Positions 1 through 13,100 of a stretch of DNA of 64,000 nt are shown in pieces. Each line of letters starts with the position of its first letter. Within the stretch, counting starts at the first letter, position 1. Source of the stretch: Macrostomum lignano (taxonomy: Eukaryota). Below the pieces are notes generated by a model, which searched no databases, was not told the DNA's origin, and saw only the letters and a program-made list of their open reading frames with translations. The DNA is taken from NCBI GenBank assembly GCA_002269645.1, contig NIVC01002543.1, forward strand, positions 99,290 through 163,289, written 5' to 3'. Both the position numbers and the translations under genes were made by a program.

Positions 1-3000
1 TCAGCAGGGCGCCAACTACCGCCTCGCGTCGGTCCTTCACCGCTGAGGTGAGCGCCGTGTCGCCGCTCTCGCTTTTCAGGTTGACATTGACGCTGGGGAA
101 CTGAACCATCTCGGCGGCGATCTGGGCGCTGGCCCGGTGCAGCGGGGCCAGGCCGTCGGTGTCCAGCAGGTTGGGATTGCAGTCGTTTTGCAGCAGGGCT
201 CGGCAGGTGGCGCGGTACTTCTCAGAGGTCTGCGTGGCTATGAGGTGCAGCCCCGTTTGCAAGTGCTGGTTGCGCATGTTCACGTCCGCGTTGGACTTCA
301 CCTGGACGGATGGGGGTTGGGTGCTCAATAATCCTGTTGGTGGGGACTAAAGATCTGGGAGGGTGGGGACTCGATCTGGGATCTGAGAGGGGGTGGAGAC
401 AATCTAGGGATCTGGGAGGGACTCGATCTAGGGATCTAGGAGGGTGGGGATTCGATGTAGGGATCTAAGAGGGTTGGATACTTAATCTAGGGATCTGGGA
501 GGGTTGGGGACTCAATCTAGGGATCTGGGAAGGTGGGGATTCGATGTAGGGACCTAAGAGGGTAGGAGACTAATATAAAGATCTGGGAGGGTTGGGGACT
601 CAATCTAGGGATTTGGGAGGGTTGTAGACTCAATCTAGGGATTTGGGAGGGTTGGGGACTCAATCTAAGGATCCGGGAGGTTTGGAGACTTAATCTAGGG
701 ATCTGGGAGGGTGAGGATTCAATGTAGGGACCTAAGAGGGTAGGAGACTAATATAAAGATCTGGGAGGGTTGGGGACTCATTCTAAGGATTTGGGAGGGT
801 TGTAGACTCAATCTAGGGATCTGGGACGGTGGGGACTCAATCTAAGGATCTGGGAGGGTTGGGGACTCAATCTAGGGATCTTGGAAGGTGGGGATTCGAT
901 GTAGGGACCTAAGAGGGTAGGAGACTAATATAAAGATCTGGGAGGGTTGGGGACTCAATCTAGGGATTTGGGAGGGTTGTAGACTCAATCTAGGGATCTG
1001 GGAGGGTGGGGATTCAATGTAGGGACCTAAGAGGGTAGGATACTTAATATAAAGATCTGGGAGGGTTGGGGACTCAATCTAGGGATTTGGGAGGGTTGGG
1101 GACTCAATCTAAGGATCCGGGAGGTTTGGAGACTTAATCTAGGGATCTGGGAGGGTTGAGGACTCAATCTAGGGATCTGGGAGGTTTGGGGACTCAATCT
1201 AGGGATCTGGGAAGGTGGGGATTCGATGTAGGGATCTAGGAGGGTTGGAGACTTAATCCAGGGATCTGGGAGGGTGAGGATTCAATGTAGGGACCTAAGA
1301 GGGTAGGAGACTAATATAAAGATCTGGGAGGGTTGGGGACTCAATCTAGGGATTTGGGAGGGTTGTAGACTCAATCTAGGGATCTGGGAGGGTTGGGGAC
1401 TCAATCTAAGGATCCGGGAGGTTTGGAGACTTAATCTAGGGATCTGGGAGGGTGAGGATTCAATGTAGGGACCTAAGAGGGTAGGAGACTAATATAAAGA
1501 TCTGGGAGGGTTGGGGACTCATTCTAAGGATTTGGGAGGGTTGTAGACTCAATCTAGGGATCTGGGACGGTGGGGACTCAATCTAAGGATCTGGGAGGGT
1601 TGGGGACTCAATCTAGGGATCTGGGAAGGTGGGGATTCGATGTAGGGACCTAAGAGGGTAGGAGACTAATATAAAGATCTGGGAGGGTTGGGGACTCAAT
1701 CTAGGGATTTGGGAGGGTTGGGGACTCAATCTAGGGATCTGGGACAGTGGGGACTCATTCCAAGGATCTGGGAGGGTTGAGGACTCAATCTAGGGATCTG
1801 GGAGGGTTGGGGACTCAATCTAGGGATCTGGGAAGGTGGGGATTCGATGTAGGGATCTAGGAGGGTTGGAGACTTAATCCAGAGATCTGGGAGGGTGGGG
1901 ATTCAATGTAGGGATCTAAGAGGGTTGGATACTTAATCTAGGGATCTGGGAGGGTTGGGGACTCAATCTAAGGATCCGGGAGGTTTGGAGACTTAATCTA
2001 GGGATCTGGGACGGTGGGGACTCAATCCAAGGATCTGGGAGGGTTGAGGACTCAATCTAGGGATCCGGGAGGGTTGAGGACTCAATCTAGGGATCTGGGA
2101 GGGTTGGGGACTCAATCTAGGGATCTGGGAGGGTTGGGGACTCAATCTAGGGATCCGGGAGGGTTGAGGACTCAATCTAGGGATCTGGGAGGGTTGAGGA
2201 CTCAATCTAGGGATCCGGGAGGGTTGAGGACTCAATCTAGGGATTTGGGAGGGTTGAGGACTCAATCTAGGGATCCGGGAGGGTTGGGGACTCAATCTAG
2301 GGATCTGGGAGGGTTGAGGACTCAATCTAGGGATCCTGGAGGGTTGGGGACTCAATCTAGGGATCTGGGAGGGTTGAGGACTCAATCTAGGGATCTGGGA
2401 GGGTTGAGGACTCAATCTAGGGATCTGGGACGGTGGGGACTCAATCTAAGGATCTGGGAGGGCTGGGGACTCAATCTAGGGATCTGGGAGGGTTGAGGAC
2501 TCAATCTAGGGATTTGGGAGGGTTGAGGACTCAATCTAGGGATCCGGGAGGGTTGAGGACTCAATCTAGGGATCCGGGAGGGTTGGGGACTCAATCTAGG
2601 GATCTGGGAGGGTTGAGGACTCAATCTAGGGATCTGGGACGGTGGGGACTCAATCTAAGGATCTGGGAGGGCTGGGGACTCAATCTAGGGATCTGGGAGG
2701 GTTGAGGACTCAATCTAGGGATCTGGGAGGGTTGAGGACTCAATCTAGGGATCCGGGAGGGTTGAGGACTCAATCTAGGGATCCGGGAGGGTTGAGGACT
2801 CAATCTAGGGATCTGGGAGGGTTGAGGACTCAATCTAGGGATCCGGGAGGGTTGAGGACTCAATCTAGGGATCTGGGAGGGTTGGGGACTCAATCTAGGG
2901 ATCTGGGAGGGTTGGGGACTCAATCTAGGGATCCGGGAGGGTTGAGGACTCAATCTAGGGATCTGGGAGGGTTGAGGACTCAATCTAGGGATCCGGGAGG

Positions 3001-4987
3001 GTTGAGGACTCAATCTAGGGATTTGGGAGGGTTGAGGACTCAATCTAGGGATCCGGGAGGGTTGGGGACTCAATCTAGGGATCTGGGAGGGTTGAGGACT
3101 CAATCTAGGGATCCTGGAGGGTTGGGGACTCAATCTAGGGATCTGGGAGGGTTGAGGACTCAATCTAGGGATCTGGGAGGGTTGAGGACTCAATCTAGGG
3201 ATCTGGGACGGTGGGGACTCAATCTAAGGATCTGGGAGGGCTGGGGACTCAATCTAGGGATCTGGGAGGGTTGAGGACTCAATCTAGGGATTTGGGAGGG
3301 TTGAGGACTCAATCTAGGGATCCGGGAGGGTTGGGGACTCAATCTAGGGATCCGGGAGGGTTGGGGACTCAATCTAGGGATCTGGGAGGGTTGAGGACTC
3401 AATCTAGGGATCTGGGACGGTGGGGACTCAATCTAAGGATCTGGGAGGGCTGGGGACTCAATCTAGGGATCTGGGAGGGTTGAGGACTCAATCTAGGGAT
3501 CTGGGAGGGTTGAGGACTCAATCTAGGGATCCGGGAGGGTTGAGGACTCAATCTAGGGATCCGGGAGGGTTGAGGACTCAATCTAGGGATCTGGGAGGGT
3601 TGAGGACTCAATCTAGGGATCCGGGAGGGTTGAGGACTCAATCTAGGGATCTGGGAGGGTTGGGGACTCAATCTAGGGATCTGGGAGGGTTGGGGACTCA
3701 ATCTAGGGATCCGGGAGGGTTGAGGACTCAATCTAGGGATCTGGGAGGGTTGAGGACTCAATCTAGGGATCCGGGAGGGTTGAGGACTCAATCTAGGGAT
3801 TTGGGAGGGTTGAGGACTCAATCTAGGGATCCGGGAGGGTTGGGGACTCAATCTAGGGATCTGGGAGGGTTGAGGACTCAATCTAGGGATCCTGGAGGGT
3901 TGGGGACTCAATCTAGGGATCTGGGAGGGTTGAGGACTCAATCTAGGGATCTGGGAGGGTTGAGGACTCAATCTAGGGATCTGGGACGGTGGGGACTCAA
4001 TCTAAGGATCTGGGAGGGCTGGGGACTCAATCTAGGGATCTGGGAGGGTTGAGGACTCAATCTAAGGATTTGGGAGGGTTGAGGACTCAATCTAGGGATC
4101 CGGGAGGGTTGGGGACTCAATCTAGGGATCCGGGAGGGTTGGGGACTCAATCTAGGGATCTGGGAGGGTTGAGGACTCAATCTAGGGATCTGGGACGGTG
4201 GGGACTCAATCTAAGGATCTGGGAGGGCTGGGGACTCAATCTAGGGATCTGGGAGGGTTGAGGACTCAATCTAGGGATCTGGGAGGGTTGAGGACTCAAT
4301 CTAGGGATCCGGGAGGGTTGAGGACTCAATCTAGGGATCCGGGAGGGTTGAGGACTCAATCTAGGGATCTGGGAGGGTTGAGGACTCAATCTAGGGATCC
4401 GGGAGGGTTGAGGACTCAATCTAGGGATCCGGGAGGGTTGAGGACTCAATCTAGGGATCCGGGAGGGTTGAGGACTCAATCTAGGGATCTGGGAGGGTTG
4501 AGGACTCAATCTAGGGATCCGGGAGGGTTGAGGACTCAATCTAGGGATCCGGGAGGGTTGAGGATTCGATGTAGGGAGGGTAGAAAAATTGAGAGCCTGG
4601 AAGGTTAACCAGAGAAGAAGTGCAGTATCGAACATGCTTCTGTGGCTGGCATAGTTAATCTAACAAACAACTGACCAGCAGTTCGATAATTTCAGTCCGT
4701 CCATAAGTTGCAGCCTGCAGCAGCGGGTAGGTTGGCGCATCGTACACGTGTATGTTGGCGCCAGCCTTCAACAACAGCTTGACCATCTGCACGTGGCCGA
4801 GTTCGACGGCCAAATTAAGGGGACAGACGCCGTCAATAACCATGCTGGGATCCACATCGTTGGGATAAGAGAACAGATAAGTCAGGGTTTCAACATTGTT
4901 AGAGCGGATGGCGCCGCGCAGCAACCAGGGTATTTGCTGCTTGGAGATCTGCGGCTTGTGGCGGTGCTTAGAGTAGCGCTGGCCCAT
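1..4987 (-). CDS. Ankyrin-repeat protein, 5' part (exons 4987-4676 and 301-<1; continues off the window)
   Basis: ATG at 4987 gives MGQRYSK...CPLNLAVELGHVQMVKLLLKAGANIH...YPLLQAATYGRTEIIELL. Donor CTG|GTCAGT at 4675 and acceptor CAG|GTG at 302/301 join in phase 0 to VKSNADVNMRNQHLQTGLHL...GLAPLHRA...GDTALTSAV. Several ankyrin consensus repeats are present. Confidence 0.88.
340..4575 (+). repeat. 30-bp G-rich minisatellite (GGGATCTGGGAGGGTTG[A/G]GGACTCAATCTA), ~140 copies, filling the ankyrin gene intron 302-4675
   Basis: Direct reading. Higher-order periods are 741 bp (marker ACTAATATAAAG at 569/1310, 747/1488, 924/1665) and 778 bp (209+569 spacing of the variant blocks at 2433, 2642, 3211, 3420, 3989, 4198). 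Confidence 0.97.
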
Positions 4988-7114
4988 CTGCCTGGCAACA
5001 GCCGCATGTGCTGCAGAATGCAATTTCGAGTAGCAGACATTCGCAACAAGTTTTTGGCTTTTATAAGCAGATTAAATCATATATATATTGGATTCATATA
5101 TATTTTAAAGATATTTATAGGTAGGAAATACCTGACCCACTACAAAACGCCAGCTGTGTGAACTAGAGTTCAGCTTAATTGGCTATTTTATCACTGCAAC
5201 TACCTTGAAAAGTAACACTAAGACTATTTTAACTGCATACTAACCATGACCAATCATTTTTAACTCAGCATTGGTAATGAACACTCTAATGCAATAGGCT
5301 ATCAACCTCATTACATGGAATATTCTTAACAAAATATTTACCCATATAAAATGCTAAACAAGGACCACTAGTATAACAGGATAGAAAACTCAAAGATTGT
5401 TTAATTTTTGGAGGCCAATTTTCTAGAAAAAAATATTTTTTATCACAAAATCAATAATTGAATTTGAGATAAGACAGTGAAGATTATCATTCTTTTAATT
5501 TAGCATTGGATAACATGCTATTCTGTTGTAGTTTAGAGTTGTGCATTTGAGTTGTATTTTAAAGATATTAATTTTTAAGCTAAATATAAGCCTAGATTTT
5601 ATCACAAATATAATTGAATCAAGAAGAAACAAAACAAGTTTAGCCTATGCCACCTATGAGTATTAATATAACTATTAAACAAGTATTCTAAGCCTGTTTT
5701 ATGTCTAACATAAAAAGTATATTTTAAAATTTGTAACTTATTATAGAAGAAACAAGATATATATGGCTAATAAAAAAGAGATATCATAATGAAAATGTTA
5801 TAAATATATTATCCAAAGTAATTATCAATAAGAAGCCATATTTGAATTTGGATATCATTATTTTCTAATAATTTAAAACATTTTAAATGATTAGTCACAT
5901 AATCATATTATCTCAAACTATGCAATACAAGTCTAGCCATATAGTAGGTTTAGTATAATAGATGTTTTTACTAGTAAAGATAGGAGCCTAAGCTTTAATT
6001 GATTCTAAAATATTAGAATTCTATAAAAATTTCAAATTTCTAAAAAGGAATCTAGCATTTATTTGTATCATTATTAAAATTTTTATAAAAATAAGAATAT
6101 TATAAAAAATAATTTATGGTATAAATATATTTGACAATTTTTACTATTACAGTAGGCTAGGCCTATCCATTTAAATATTAGAATGGCTAATTTTATTGTC
6201 CACATTTAAGACAAATATGCTTATGCTATCTGGGCTTAAGGTTATAACTTAATGTAAACATATAAGTAGTGAATGTGAAAAACTTATTTCTATAATCATT
6301 ATACATAAAGAAGCAAATAGTTATTTTATGGTCATGGGTGCCAGTGGGGGGAATTTCATTTATATAAATATATAAAATTATGTTAAGTAGGCTAGCTAAA
6401 GTCAATGAAAAGAACCACTAGAACATACCATTGCAATAATACATTTCTATATATTTTTTAATTTAATAGCCTCTTTATTATTTGAACTGCAAGTTTGTTA
6501 TTTAGATGTTAATTTAGATAGCAAATTTAGATTCTATTTGTTTTATGTGTTGACCATTAAAATAACTGTATTTATATGGTCACTATAGCAATAACAACTG
6601 CCTATAATTAAAATATAATATAACTATATTATATAGACTGAGTAATTGATACACATGTTTAAGCAGGCCTAACATTTTACTATTAATTTTATTATACAAA
6701 GTTATTTAAAAATCTTTCTTTAAGTAATTGACTTTTAAACTAGAGTACATTACCCATTACCGAATCCACTCATATGCTAAAATATTCGACTACACTGTAG
6801 CACAGAAGTGGAACTGGATACTTTAGAAAGCTTCTATTATATCGAATCAATTATTTAAGCCAATTTCAGCTAATATTATTGTAATTTAAAAATTATCAAA
6901 ACGATAGACGCGTTGTAAGTTATAACAAAGTCGACTAAATTTTTATGTATAATGCAGGATACTATTTCTTAAACGTCATAAAAATCTAATTTTGTATGTT
7001 TTGACTAAAATAAACTTCTTTAAACAACTAATGTATTTGCTTACAGTGGATACTGCGCGCAAATTGTAGATTTCCATTTCTCAGCATTTTTTCATCGTCA
7101 CTGCAAAGATCACC

Positions 7115-10100
7115 ATGTCGGCCACGACTGCCGGCTACAAGATGTCTGAAAAGCAATATGCTAGCGGCAACTTCACAAGTGATGAAGTTCCGCATGAGAT
7201 TCATGTGAAAATGAGCAAGAAAATTGCTCAGCTTACCAAGGTAAGGCAAGGGCTAGCTTTAAAAAATAACATTAGCTCAAACATTGCGCTACTGATAAAA
7301 ATTCGTTTGCACCTGCGTCACTTACAGTTCAATTCTGATTGCAAGCCCATTTTCTGCTTTGAACCTTTCTAAACGCTAATAAGTATTGAACGGGTGTACA
7401 ATCTAAAGCAACACGCGAATACTTAAGTTGTAGTCTTGTAGACTGTGCAATGCAGAATTATGTAAACACTACCATGAAGTATGAGATATGTGAACATAAA
7501 CATTGCAACTCTAATTTATAACAGCAATTCAGCTCGTAAATTGCTTCACTTTACCAGAAATTTGAAATAATTCTTCCATTTTTACTTTTTGTTGCAAAAC
7601 TTGATACAGACAATATTGTTCGTCTTCTATATAATTTAATAAACATTGAATAGATTCAAAATATTCAATAAGCAAATTTTTCTGCTACTTTTAATCACAA
7701 TTGAAAAAGTTATGCTGTTATTCTTATTTAACCAGCAGGGAATTTCAGCCCAAATCATCATAGATCAAGGCAAGATGCGATTTTTATTTATCTTATCACA
7801 GAAGTAAACAGTTCAAAGCTGAAATCCTTCCTGCAGTGTGCTCTTTCATGATAATCAAATGTTTTAAAAAGTCACAGAGTTCTCATCTAAAATTGCTTCT
7901 TGGCCTCTATTCTCACTAATCAATCGCACGTTGAGTATACATTTTCACTAATAAAACTGTTAGTATTTATATAATTCATATAATTCATAAGGACAATAAC
8001 CGAAGGTTGATAATACATAAAACTTAAAGTACGAGTAAATTCAACATTTTTAAATTCCTGATCGAAGTGTATGTAGCGAGACAGCACCGCAATCAAGTAA
8101 ATAGTTATTTGAAGCTGGAAGAAACAGCTAACAAGCGTATGACAAAATGAACATAGTTTTAAAATATTATATTTAATTTCTTAGAAAATTATTTTTTACT
8201 TCTTCATTTCTTTGAAACCATTGTTAATTTCATTAATTATTGTTATATTGTTATATTGTTATATATTATTATTGTTATTGATCATTTATTATATAATTTC
8301 TTGATTATTTTCAAGTCAAACATCATTGCTCAATGTTTTCTTTCTCCTCAATCAGCAGAAGCCAATTACGAATATCCTCACTGCGCATAAAAATCAGCTG
8401 TAACAATTTATAAATCGCCATGAATAAATAATGGCATGCAAAACAACCAATTCTGGCACAAAGCATTGCTGTGCATTGCTGACTCGGGCACCCGATTGCC
8501 TCATTCAACTTCACCAGGTGATCTACGCACTCAACACGAAGAACGATGAGCACGAAGCTCTGGTGGACGCCCTCAAAAAACAGCACGCGGCCGAGCTGGA
8601 GAAAGTCCTGGCCAGCAGCCGGGAGAAGCTGGCCCGTTGCCAGAGCCTCATCGGTCAGGACAGCGAGTACAGGCGGCGCATCGGCCAACTGGAGGGCTCG
8701 CTGGCCGAGGCGCAAGAGCGGCAGGCGGCCAGTCAGCGCGAATTCGCCGACTTCAAAGTTCGAGCTGAGAGCCGCGAAAGAGAGCTGGCGCAGCAGCAGG
8801 CGCAAAAGGTTGGCTGGCCGGACTGAATGCCTGGCTTGAAATGCTTGTGAAGCCAGTTGGCTATGGATGTTGAGTTTCCTAAATCCTAGCTAAGGACTCA
8901 GGACTTATACAGCTGAGTATCTCGAAGAAAATCAGGATGAAATCCGTTCATCCCATTTCATGATGTTGGGTGTTGAAAATCGCGAAAATCAATGACGGAA
9001 TTTAAGCTCCAGAACAACCATCGAACGCAGATGTCTCTGGTGAGCACACAATCCTGACACCACAAATCTGACATCATAATCCTGACACCACAAATCTGAC
9101 ACCATAATCCTGACACCACAAATCTGAAAACACAAACCTGACACCACAAACCTGACACCACAAATCTGACACCACAAACCTGACACCACAAACCTGACAC
9201 CACAAATCTGACACCACAAACCTGACACCACAAACCTGACACCACAAGTCTGACACCACAAACCTGACACCACAAACCTGACACCACAAGTCTGACACCA
9301 CAAACCTGACACCACAAATCTGACACCACAAGTCTGACACCACAAATCTGACACCACAAGTCTGACACCATAAATCTGAAAACCACAAACCTGACACCAT
9401 AAATCTGAAAACCACAAACCTGACACCACAAACCTGACACCACAAACCTGACACCACAAACCTGACACCACAAACCTGACACCACAAACCTGACACCACA
9501 AACCTGACACCACAAACCTGACACCACAAACGTGACACCACAAATGTGACACCACAAACCTGACACCACAAACCTGACACCACAAATGTGACACCACAAA
9601 CCTGACCCCACAAATCTGAAAACCACAAATCTGACACCACAAACCTGACACCACAAATGTGACACCACAAACCTGACACCACAAAACAAAACCAAAAACC
9701 TGACACCACAAATCTGATAACCACAAACCTGACAATCACAAACCTGACACCACAAACGTGACACCACAAACGTGACACCAGAAATCTGACAACCACAAAC
9801 CTGACACCACAAACCTAACACCAAAAACCTGACACCAGAAATCTGACAACCACAAACCTGACACCACAAACCTGACACCAAAAACCTGACACCAGAAATC
9901 TGACAACCACAAACCTGACACCACAAATGTGACACCACAAACCTGACACCACAAAACAAAACCAAAAACCTGACACCATAAATCTGAAAACCACAAACCT
10001 GACACCACAAACCTGACACCACACTCCTGACACCACAAACCTGACACCACAAACCTGACACCACAAACCTGACACCACAAATGTGACACCACAAACCTGA

Positions 10101-13100
10101 CACCACAAACCTGATGCCACCGAGTTGGAGAGTTTGAATGGAAAGAACAGTTTTGGTCTTCAGTTTCCACATGCGTCACCATCATGGAACGCGTTGACGG
10201 AATGAAGTTCTGCGAACTCTGAAAAATATTTTAAAAATGCTCAAAATGAATCTGTAAAAAATTGTGCATTTGCGAAACCCCAAGGCTGTGAAATTTTTTC
10301 GTGTTAACCATTATGTCTCTTAAGCACCGCATTTAGTACCTTTGATTTCATTTGCAACGTAACTCCGCTCAGGCGAAGGACATGACCAAACAGGTGGCGG
10401 AAATCCAGGAGGCCTACGACCGCGCTATCGAGAGATTCCAGGGCCTGCTGGGCGAGGCCAAGACCGCAAAACAGCGGGCCCTCGACGAACAGAAGGCTGC
10501 CTATGAGAAGAAACTCGATGAGGTGAACCGCAGTCAGAAAGACATTGAGGCCTCGCTGAACGGTGCAACCCAGAAGGTGCACGAGAACTACAAGGCTGAG
10601 ATTGACGGCCTGCGCACTCGTCTTGAGCAGGAGCAGGCAGGCCGCGGCAAGGACTCGCAGGACTACGAGGACAAACTGAAGAAACAGCAGCAGTTCCACC
10701 AGAAGGAGATCGAGGCGCTCAAATCGCAGCTGGAGTCCGGCAAAGCCGAGGAGCTGGACCGGCTCAAGCGGCAGCACGACGAGCTGCGCAAGGAGCACCT
10801 GGCGCACCAGGCCGATGCTAGGAAGGAGCGCCAGGGCCTCATCGAGAAGCTGGCAAAGGCGGAGGACTTGGTCGAGCAGCTGCGCCAGGACCTCAACAAT
10901 GTCGGACTGTCTGACTCGGCCAAGGACGCTGAGATTTCTCGCCTTTCAGCGGAGGTTCGTTTGAGTTTATTTGCATTTTTCTATCAATTCTAACCTTGGT
11001 TTCGATAATACTCGCCCCTAATCTTTGCACTTCCAGCTCAAGACATCGTCAGAAGAACTGAAATCGCAGCAAGAATCGGTGAGAAGTCTGCGCATCGAGC
11101 TGCAGACTGCAACAGACAAGTGCGAGCAGCAGCTCAAGGATATTGTGCAGAAATCTGGTGAGTCTTTGACTTTTTAACAAACACTTAAGCCTCCTTGGTC
11201 ATAGAGAACAGGGCACTTTAATGAGAATTCTCTTCTCACCCGTAGAGTCCATCGGTGAGCTGCAGGCGGCGGTGCTTCAGCACGAGGGCACGATTAAGCG
11301 CCAAGCGGAGGAGCTGGCCCAGCTGCAGCGCCGATGGGAAGACCAGGAGCGGCAGCAGAGCGACAAAGGCCGCGAACAGGACGGGCTGCTGCGGCAGGCG
11401 GAGAAGCAGGCGCAGCGCTTGGAACAGCAACTGCAACAGCTGCGCGAAGAGAAAATGCAAGCGGAACGGCAGGCGGAGGAGGAGAGGCAGCGGCTTGTAG
11501 CCGAAATGGACTCCAAGGAGCGGGCGCTCCTGCAGAAGCAGGACAAGGAAGCCAAGCAAGCCCTGAAAAAGTATCAGGACGAGCTGAAGAAGCAGAAAGC
11601 CGGCTTCGATTCCGAGATTGAACTGCTAAACAAAGAGAACTCCAGCAAGCTTGAGCTGATGCAAAACGCTGCGGAGAAGGAGAAGAAGGAGGCTCAGAGG
11701 GAGCTTTCCCGGTTGAAGCGCGAGCTCGAGGCGCAACTGAAAGCGCGCGATGAAAAGCTGCACGAGCTGGAACGCCAGCTGCGGGACAAGGAGTCCGGCA
11801 TTGGCAGCGTCTCTGAGACCATGGAGGCGCTGAAGGCGGAGAAAGCGCGACTGCAGGCGGAGGCCGAAGAAGCGGTCGGTCGCGCCAAGGTTGAAGCGGC
11901 AGAGGCAGCGAGACTGCGGCAGGAGCTGGAGCGGCTGCGGTCGGTTTATGAGCAACGGCTCAAGGAGTCCAAGAAGGATCTGAATCAGAAAATGAACGAG
12001 CTGTCCGCCGACCTGGACAAGAAGTGGGCGGACACGCTGCGCCGTGAGACTGCCAAGCTGCGTCAGGAGTACGACATCCAGAGCAAGGCCGACAGCCAGG
12101 CCGGTCTTAAAGCGTTCAAAAAGTTGAAGGAAGAGGAGGCGGCCGAGGCGGCGCGGCAGGCGGAGGCGCGCGAGCGGAAGCTAAAAGAGGAAATCGAAGC
12201 ACTGCGCGAGGCGGCTGCGGCAGCAGAGGCCGCCTGGCAGTCTCGACTGGACGAGGCTCGCGCCGAGGCGGAGAAGCAAGTGGCCGCGCTTCAGCGGGAG
12301 CTGCAGGCAGCGGAGAAGCGAGCCGCAGGCGAGTTGGAGAAACTCCGGCGTGAGAAGGACGGCGAGCTGGCGGCAACGAAGGACAGCCTGAATCGGCAGC
12401 TGCTGGAGCTGCAGTCGGCCGGCAGCGGCCTGGCCGAAGAGACGAAGCGCAGGGCGCAGCTGGAGGCGCGAGCGGAGCTGGAGAAGCTGCGGCTGGAGCT
12501 TGAGCAAGCCAAGCAAAAAGCCCTGGACGAACTGAGCAGCCGGATGGAGCGCGAGAAGGAGCAGGTGCGAAGCGAGATGGTCGGCCGATTTGCGGCTGAG
12601 CTTGACGGGCACTCGTCCAGCTATCGGCAGCAGCTGGCTGAGGTGCAGGCGGCCCTCGAGCAGGCCAAGGCGGAGGCAGAGGCGCGGGAACGGGCGCTGG
12701 CCCAGCGCGCCGATTCGCTGCGCGGCGAGTGCGCGGAGCGGGAGCGCAAGATTGACAAACTGCTGCGGGACGCGGAGGCGGCTCGAGAGGAGGCGACGGC
12801 GCTGCGGCGTAGCCTGGAGGCGAAGAGTCGAGAGGCTGCAGAGGCCAAGTCCGAGTTTGATGAAGGAATCAGGTGATTCTGGGGATAAATCAGTGATTAG
12901 ATCTTTGTTTACTTGTGTCAAAACGTGAATACAATATTTCACACTTTTGTTCTCGCGCAGAAAACGGGAGGAAGAGATCACCGTGCATTTCGAGGCCCGC
13001 CTGCTGAAAGTCCGAGAGGAGGCGGCTTCTGAGAAGCAGCGAGTCATCACAGAGTTCTCAAAGGCGCAGGAGCTGCTAAAGATGAAGATTTTGGACTATA

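Noticed and set aside
1993-4635. ORFs of (SPQPSQIPRL)n and (GTQSRDLGGL)n
   Set aside because: Translations of the 30-bp intronic minisatellite; a unit length divisible by 3 explains the open frames.
8958-10185. Cys/Val-rich minus-strand ORFs up to 404 aa
   Set aside because: Products of the 14-bp array inside FAM184 intron 2.
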